Origin: Phycisphaerales bacterium
Lineage (GTDB): Bacteria > Planctomycetota > Phycisphaerae > Phycisphaerales > UBA1924
Assembly: GCA_965227775.1 (NCBI GenBank)
Contig: OZ245777.1
Coordinates: 2,112,001-2,176,000 of the forward strand
Direction: 5' to 3'
Length of the DNA: 64,000 nt
Positions 59,301-64,000 of this stretch are shown here, piece after piece (the stretch's first letter is position 1; every line of letters starts with the position of its first letter). A model generated the notes under the pieces. It was given only the letters and a program-made list of their open reading frames with translations, had not been told where the DNA came from and did not search any database. Made by a program: the position numbers and the translations under genes.

Positions 59301-62300
59301 GCTGACCCAGAGCGCGGCCGCGCCGCACTCGCTGGTGAAGCTGGACAACCTCGGCCGGACGCTGGCGATGGGGCAGTACAGCTCTGTCAGCGGCCTGACG
59401 GCATCGAGTGATCCGACGAGCGTGACCAGCAACCGCGTGTCGCTGAGCGAGATGGCCTACGACGCGCGTGGGAGGGTCTGGAAGAACATCCGCCACGAGA
59501 TCACCCAGTCAACCGGCGCGAGCGCCGACACGCTGGAGAGCCTGACCTGGTACGACGAGGCGGGCCGGACGATCAAGGTGCAGGGCGGGCGGCTGGCCAA
59601 GACGGCCTACGACCGCCTGGGCCGTGCGACGGACCAGTACGTGCTGGGCCAGATGAACGACAGCGCCTACGGCGACGCCGACGACGTAACCGGCGACCAC
59701 GTGATGGAGCAGGTGGTGACCGTGTACGAGAGCGACGAGTCGAGCCTCGTCGTGGCCTCGGCGGTGATCCAGCGTGAGCACGACGACACGAGCACGACCG
59801 GTGCCCTGGACAGCGGGGCGGACGGCGACCTGCTGGCCTTCACCGCGGCGAACATCACGGGTCGGATCCAGATCAGCGCGACGTGGTACGACGTGCTGGA
59901 CCGGCCGGTGACGAGCGCCATGTACGGGACCAACGGCGGCTCGACGTTCGACCGCGATGGCCTGAGCACTCCGAACCAGGGCTCTTCGACGGTGATCGTG
60001 TCCGACACGGTGTACAACGCCGACGGTGAGGTCTCGACGAGCACCGATCCCGAGAACGTGGCCACGGTCTTCGTCTACGACGACCTGGGACGGCAGACCT
60101 CGGTGATCCGCAACTTCGTCAACGCCTTGCCCAGCTCGACGACCGGGGCCGACGACCTGTACACCTGGTACGAGTACGAGAACGGGCTCAAGATCCGGAT
60201 GATCGTCGACCAGGACGCCGACGGCACCAAGGACGTGGCGGCGAACCCGAGCACCGCCGACGACCAGATCACCCGCTGGGTGTACGGCGTGGCCAAGGGA
60301 ACGGTGAGTAGCGGCAAGAGCGAGATCGCTTCGGGCCGGCTGCTGCGAGCGGTGGTCTATCCCGACTCGACCAACACGGCCGACGAGGGCTCGGACATCG
60401 ATTCGAGCGACACCGACGTGGTTTCGTTCAGCTACAACGCCCTGGGCCAGGTGGTGCGCCGCGAGGACCAGGCGGGCAACGTGATCGAGACGGCCTACGA
60501 CGTGCTTGGCCGGGCGACCAGCTCGTCGGTGACGACGCTGGCTTCCGGCTTCAACGGCGACGTGCGACGCGTGGAGCACGCGTACCTCGACCGCGGGCTC
60601 TTGGAGACGGTGACCCAGTACGACGTCTCCACCGGGGGCTCGACCAACGAGACCGACCAGATCAAGTACACCTACGACGGCTGGGGGAACGCGACGAAGA
60701 TCCAGCAGGACCACGACTCGGTGATCAGCGGCAACGCCCACGACGTGGCGTTCGCCTACGCCAAGGCGGTCCCCACGGATGGTCGAAAGACGATCCGGCG
60801 GTCCTCGATGACCTTCCCCACGGGGTACAAGGCCAGCTACACCGTCCCGGCGAGCGGGCTCGACAGCACGCTCGTCCGCGTGAGCGATGTGAAGCTCGTC
60901 AACGGCCTGAACTCCGTGACCGTGGCAACCTACGACTATCTGGGCACGAGCGGCCTGGTGGGGATCGACTTACCCGAGCCAGATGTGTATAGCAACCGTT
61001 TCGATTCGACCGGCGACTACGACGCGCAGCTCGACCGATTCAACCGACCGACGACGTGGACGTGGACGAAGGACGATCCGGCGACCGGTGGCGATATCGA
61101 TTTCTACGACGTGGACGTCGTGTTCAACGAACGCGGTGACATTGAGCGGACCATCGACAACGTGATGGCCGACGCTGGTGGTACGCACTACTTTGATCGC
61201 GCGTACACGCTCGATGCGCTGGGCCGGGTGCTGGGCGAGGAGCGTGGCAACTGGAACGGCTCGAGCATCGGAACGACCCGCGAGGATCGCAACTGGTCCC
61301 TGACGGCCATGGGCAACTGGGCGACGCGTGACTACGACCTGGACGGAACCGGCGGCTCGGACTTCGTCGAGGACAACACGGCGCCCGACCTGGGCACGCA
61401 CTTCACCAACGCCAACGAGTGGACCTATCGCAACATCACGACCGGTGGCAGCGGGGACCTCGATCCCGACTACGACGACAACGGGAACCTGATCGACGAC
61501 GGCGGCGACTACGACTACGAGTACGACGCGTGGAACCGCCTGACAACGATCCTTGTGCGCAACACCAGCACGGTGGTGACCGAGTACCGCTACAACGGTC
61601 TGGGCCACCGGATCACCGAGTCCGATGGGACCGATACTGAACACCTCATTTACGATGATCGGTGGAGGCTGGTGTCACGCCACGACGGGACCGACTACCT
61701 CGAAGAGACGCTCTACCATCAAGCCGGCCTGGACGGCTACGGTGGCGCGAGCGACGTAGACTCGGTGGTTATGCGCCGGACCCTCCTCACGACTGGATCG
61801 CCCCAGACGGAAGATGAGCGCTGGTACGTGCTGCAGAACTGGCGGCAGGACGCCGTGGCGATCATCGACGAGGCGGCGGTGCAGCGTGAGCGTGTCTTCT
61901 TCAGCCCCTACGGCCGCGTCTTCGGCATGGTCGCGGGCGACACGGGCGGCGCGGGCAGCGCATTCGACGGCGACTATGATGTCACCGACGACACGGCCAT
62001 CGGCAGCTGGAGCGGCTACGACGCCTACGTCGATATCGACCTGGACGGCGACGTGGATACGACCGACGCGAGCTACACCACCAATGCCAGCATGGGCTGG
62101 GATAAGCTCTCACGCGATGGGTCGACTATCGGGTATGCGGGGTATGTGCAGGATGACTACGTAGCCACCGTGAACCACGTGCGCTACCGCGTGCTGAAGA
62201 CCGACCTGGGACGCTGGGTCCAACGCGACCCGGCGGGATACGTGGATGGGGCGAATCTGTATCAATATGCGACGTCTATGCCAATCGTGTATCGCGATCC

Positions 62301-63051
62301 GATGGGGCTGTGGGTCCTGCCGTCGATTGGTGTCGGAGGGGGCGGCTGCGGCAGTATTGGTGGTGTTGGAGTTGATTCGTGCACAGGAGATCCTCCCACA
62401 TTCGATCCAGGTTGGTGGATTGACCCTGAGCCAATTGAACCTCAGCCGAAGACGTGTGCGCAGAAGTCTAGAGCCTGGTGGATGTGCAAGTTGTGTTGTC
62501 GGAGAAAGCCGGATGCACAAGAACGATTCTCGTGTATGGCCGAATGCCGTAGTACCTTCCCGCCTCCGCCGCTGGTAAAGGACGATTGGTGCGGGCAGAG
62601 CAGTCGGCCGGGGCGTTGGATACCAGACGACCCGCCGGGTGCACCAAGCTTCGAGTCATGCTGCGAAGCACACGACAATTGCTATGAGCAGTGCAGAAAC
62701 AAACTTTCTTGTGACCTTAAGTTCTGTGCCTGCACAATTGGAAAGTGCCTGAGACAACCAAGTCCGGTTAAGCCTACAATCCCCACAACACCAGATATCA
62801 TACCGGGAACCTTTCCGTTTCCATATGCTCCTGGAGAAGGCTACCCACGGATGTCGCATGGAGCGGCGACATCTGGCTCAGATTGCCTTAGTGTGGCAAT
62901 GATTTATTGTTCTTCCATTCTTCGGCTGTCAGATCCAGCCTACGAAGACTCGTGTGGGCACTTGCCGAATCCGGGCCCGATTCTGCCATCTCCGTTTGGG
63001 CCGGAGTACCCAGCCGAACCATGGGAGAGGCCAGGCATGGGGTATGATTAG
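56338..63051 (+). CDS. RHS/YD-repeat polymorphic toxin with a signal peptide and a C-terminal phospholipase A2-like domain
   Basis: Leader ...RTRGRGAVACVVAAGLAFSSSSVCA; many YDxxGR repeats; core LGRWVQRDPAGYVDGANLYQY...DPMGL; tip CCEAHDNCY; start uncertain (56281-56347). Confidence 0.93.
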   Translation: MLRMASGAYGSRASARTRGRGAVACVVAAGLAFSSSSVCADDVLNLYDAQLVTYQASPTLIQDLAPRAGQRGVYLDGSMRASGLMGGILPGHSGSDLGFNGKRTLGGHVDLFTGSVQVTDVDLAFPADPGGNWVVGRTYNTRQDDSGHHVSQGPQGNNWAMANPEISLFEGATDDLDVLYLVGGADRYAAFQRIGVSDDEFQGINGATGIVQYAAGAGSEPDTYTLTQPDGTRLVFFGFDTHSGVAKGQLWKKIGPGGATAFVGHETTGSTAISVGFDTGGMNPTNLLTVAYDSAENGGRRYTYTYDTERVIEVKAEICSSGDWSSPGTVTEVGKVEYGYYGSIESYGSEWDLKSVTVTMPTNESGVSLVTRTYYRYWVGSFNDSTNPGHASALQYIVEEEGYRQADYADSNFANNSPFSMSESALKPYAAAYFEYDSSRRVDKAWFNGRCGCSGGTNGEHTITYDTTGSEASPYDDTWKRRAVVKQPDGLYVSVLFDEAGQVFGEARTADDPSTAPGDTWATRAVRGSDALIDEIATPANVSSYTHSTGVFARPNGTGLVRVIDRVSSGALTGFIEGYEYKEGATGTSYVERQMDYETRSLTIGSATLDVPFVDARRAVFADNETSGTLAAADYDETSVSRTWWSATATDIGYIRPKVVTTTLPAVATLENGENTTHTRISYVRENGHTAFMKAEDGIYDYMEYADGLMVESIRDAKLNEGGVFDADPNGVFGITETGDGWDVRTTYVYDDQGRRTRVTAPDGDVSEVYRTVLKDRRPVTISIPLVIDNGGPVTYYGPAGMSVSDHAGNGVASVRITLSGGSTTTGLSSWIDETDDDPLTAVDHGSVSRYSTALYSESGAVLDESRSYFDIPASGAGMEGTNYDATFFAYDEMGRRIRTKDATGTISRAVYDDLGRMTSSEIGTNDYDDPGGEASGTNNMVTVSETEYDSGNDGGNSYVTKTTAFVVDSATDRRDTLYTHDVRGRTKLTQSAAAPHSLVKLDNLGRTLAMGQYSSVSGLTASSDPTSVTSNRVSLSEMAYDARGRVWKNIRHEITQSTGASADTLESLTWYDEAGRTIKVQGGRLAKTAYDRLGRATDQYVLGQMNDSAYGDADDVTGDHVMEQVVTVYESDESSLVVASAVIQREHDDTSTTGALDSGADGDLLAFTAANITGRIQISATWYDVLDRPVTSAMYGTNGGSTFDRDGLSTPNQGSSTVIVSDTVYNADGEVSTSTDPENVATVFVYDDLGRQTSVIRNFVNALPSSTTGADDLYTWYEYENGLKIRMIVDQDADGTKDVAANPSTADDQITRWVYGVAKGTVSSGKSEIASGRLLRAVVYPDSTNTADEGSDIDSSDTDVVSFSYNALGQVVRREDQAGNVIETAYDVLGRATSSSVTTLASGFNGDVRRVEHAYLDRGLLETVTQYDVSTGGSTNETDQIKYTYDGWGNATKIQQDHDSVISGNAHDVAFAYAKAVPTDGRKTIRRSSMTFPTGYKASYTVPASGLDSTLVRVSDVKLVNGLNSVTVATYDYLGTSGLVGIDLPEPDVYSNRFDSTGDYDAQLDRFNRPTTWTWTKDDPATGGDIDFYDVDVVFNERGDIERTIDNVMADAGGTHYFDRAYTLDALGRVLGEERGNWNGSSIGTTREDRNWSLTAMGNWATRDYDLDGTGGSDFVEDNTAPDLGTHFTNANEWTYRNITTGGSGDLDPDYDDNGNLIDDGGDYDYEYDAWNRLTTILVRNTSTVVTEYRYNGLGHRITESDGTDTEHLIYDDRWRLVSRHDGTDYLEETLYHQAGLDGYGGASDVDSVVMRRTLLTTGSPQTEDERWYVLQNWRQDAVAIIDEAAVQRERVFFSPYGRVFGMVAGDTGGAGSAFDGDYDVTDDTAIGSWSGYDAYVDIDLDGDVDTTDASYTTNASMGWDKLSRDGSTIGYAGYVQDDYVATVNHVRYRVLKTDLGRWVQRDPAGYVDGANLYQYATSMPIVYRDPMGLWVLPSIGVGGGGCGSIGGVGVDSCTGDPPTFDPGWWIDPEPIEPQPKTCAQKSRAWWMCKLCCRRKPDAQERFSCMAECRSTFPPPPLVKDDWCGQSSRPGRWIPDDPPGAPSFESCCEAHDNCYEQCRNKLSCDLKFCACTIGKCLRQPSPVKPTIPTTPDIIPGTFPFPYAPGEGYPRMSHGAATSGSDCLSVAMIYCSSILRLSDPAYEDSCGHLPNPGPILPSPFGPEYPAEPWERPGMGYD

Positions 63052-63063
63052 TTTCAAAATACC

Positions 63064-63693
63064 GTGACGCTTGCGATACATGTATTCATTCTGTCTGAAC
63101 TTCTTGGTGCCTGTGCAGTTGTTGCGCTGGCGCTAGTCTTTGCAATTTGCGATGAATCAGACAACACGGTAAGGCGCCTTGTTTGGGCCCTGATTCTAGC
63201 ATACACAATCGTGAGTTTTGTAATTACTGTCGGCTTTCGCGGCCAAGGCTTATGGGCGTGGCCACTTGTGTTTGGCGTTCCTGTGCTTGCTATTGGTGGT
63301 GCAATGGCAATTTGCGTGATTCAGTACTGGCTTCGGCAACAGAGCGATCTGATTCGCACGCCAATCGAGAAGCGGTTCGAGAAGGCAGCAGCGGCAGACA
63401 GGCAATTTGCAGCCTTCATGGGTGTAGTCGCATTTCTGGCCCTTAAAGGGATTGATATAGGTTGCGTACTTCTTTTGCCAGACAGCGCGGCGGCCGCGGC
63501 CCTTGTATCAGTGTTGTTGCCGCTCAGCCTAAGCACTTTCTTTCCAGTAGTCATGCTGTGCACCTTTAACTTTGCGAGGACAGCAACCGAAACCAAGTAT
63601 CACGGTCAATTGCCTGAGCGCTGTGGTCAGTGCGGCTATCTTCTTGAATCGATTCCTGGTCACAGATGTCCCGAGTGTGGTTATCAGAGGTAG
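63064..63693 (+). CDS. Putative immunity protein: multi-pass membrane protein with a C-terminal zinc ribbon
   Basis: 12 nt after the rhs stop; AT-richer like the toxin tip; about five TM segments; CGQCGY...CPECGY. Confidence 0.7.
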   Translation: MTLAIHVFILSELLGACAVVALALVFAICDESDNTVRRLVWALILAYTIVSFVITVGFRGQGLWAWPLVFGVPVLAIGGAMAICVIQYWLRQQSDLIRTPIEKRFEKAAAADRQFAAFMGVVAFLALKGIDIGCVLLLPDSAAAAALVSVLLPLSLSTFFPVVMLCTFNFARTATETKYHGQLPERCGQCGYLLESIPGHRCPECGYQR

Positions 63694-64000
63694 TTGTGCG
63701 GAAATTAGGTGGCGGACTCTCAACAACAGATAATATTGAATTAGAATGATGTATCGGTGTGTTTCGGAGGCAGATTGCTTTGGTATTATTCTACCTCGGG
63801 CAAGTGGCACCCTGATGTATTTTATCAAGTGTCGTAATCGCGCACAGTTTGTGCCGGAAATAGTTTCGAGCGTTGTTGCTGTGACTGGGCCACCGAGAAT
63901 ACAAATCTGATGATCTGCCTTCGAACCTCTTGAGTACGACGATAGCGCAACAGTTAGTATTTGGCCGCGATGGGGCTAGCGATCTTTAAAGGGCGCCCTG

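Noticed and set aside
57595..60741. Antisense ORFs of 633 and 410 aa inside rhs
   Set aside because: Mirror-frame artefacts of the RHS codon bias (Val/Arg-rich, no domain)

Overview
GC-rich bacterial DNA, very probably from a Phycisphaerales planctomycete (inferred from a protein ending in a GC-type dockerin). Bases 1-11000 look like core chromosome: EEP hydrolase, rnc, rpmH, a lone nuoB, YihY, an RluB-like enzyme, a dockerin-anchored protein and a candidate regulator. At 11006 and 21074 lie two minus-strand copies of a tRNA-Ser 3' end, each followed by a homologous ~180-bp element end, so the DNA to the right appears to be tandem genomic islands. Island 1 (about 11.0-21.1 kb) has no integrase and carries BlaI/BlaR1, ArsR-SRPBCC, PEP-mutase family, VOC, GNAT and erythromycin-esterase family genes. 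The second accessory block holds (i) an uncharacterised operon of a lipoprotein plus two giant proteins (1430 and 1735 aa), flanked by a DUF5675-like enzyme and an IPT/TIG membrane protein; (ii) an IS3 element; (iii) an ArsR-controlled thiol-redox operon; and (iv) the best candidate for an undescribed system: a compact, translationally coupled type II secretion-like operon transcribed divergently from a signal-peptide-bearing RHS toxin of about 2240 aa with a 20-cysteine phospholipase A2-like tip and a putative immunity gene. All family calls come from motif recognition by eye; no database search was run.
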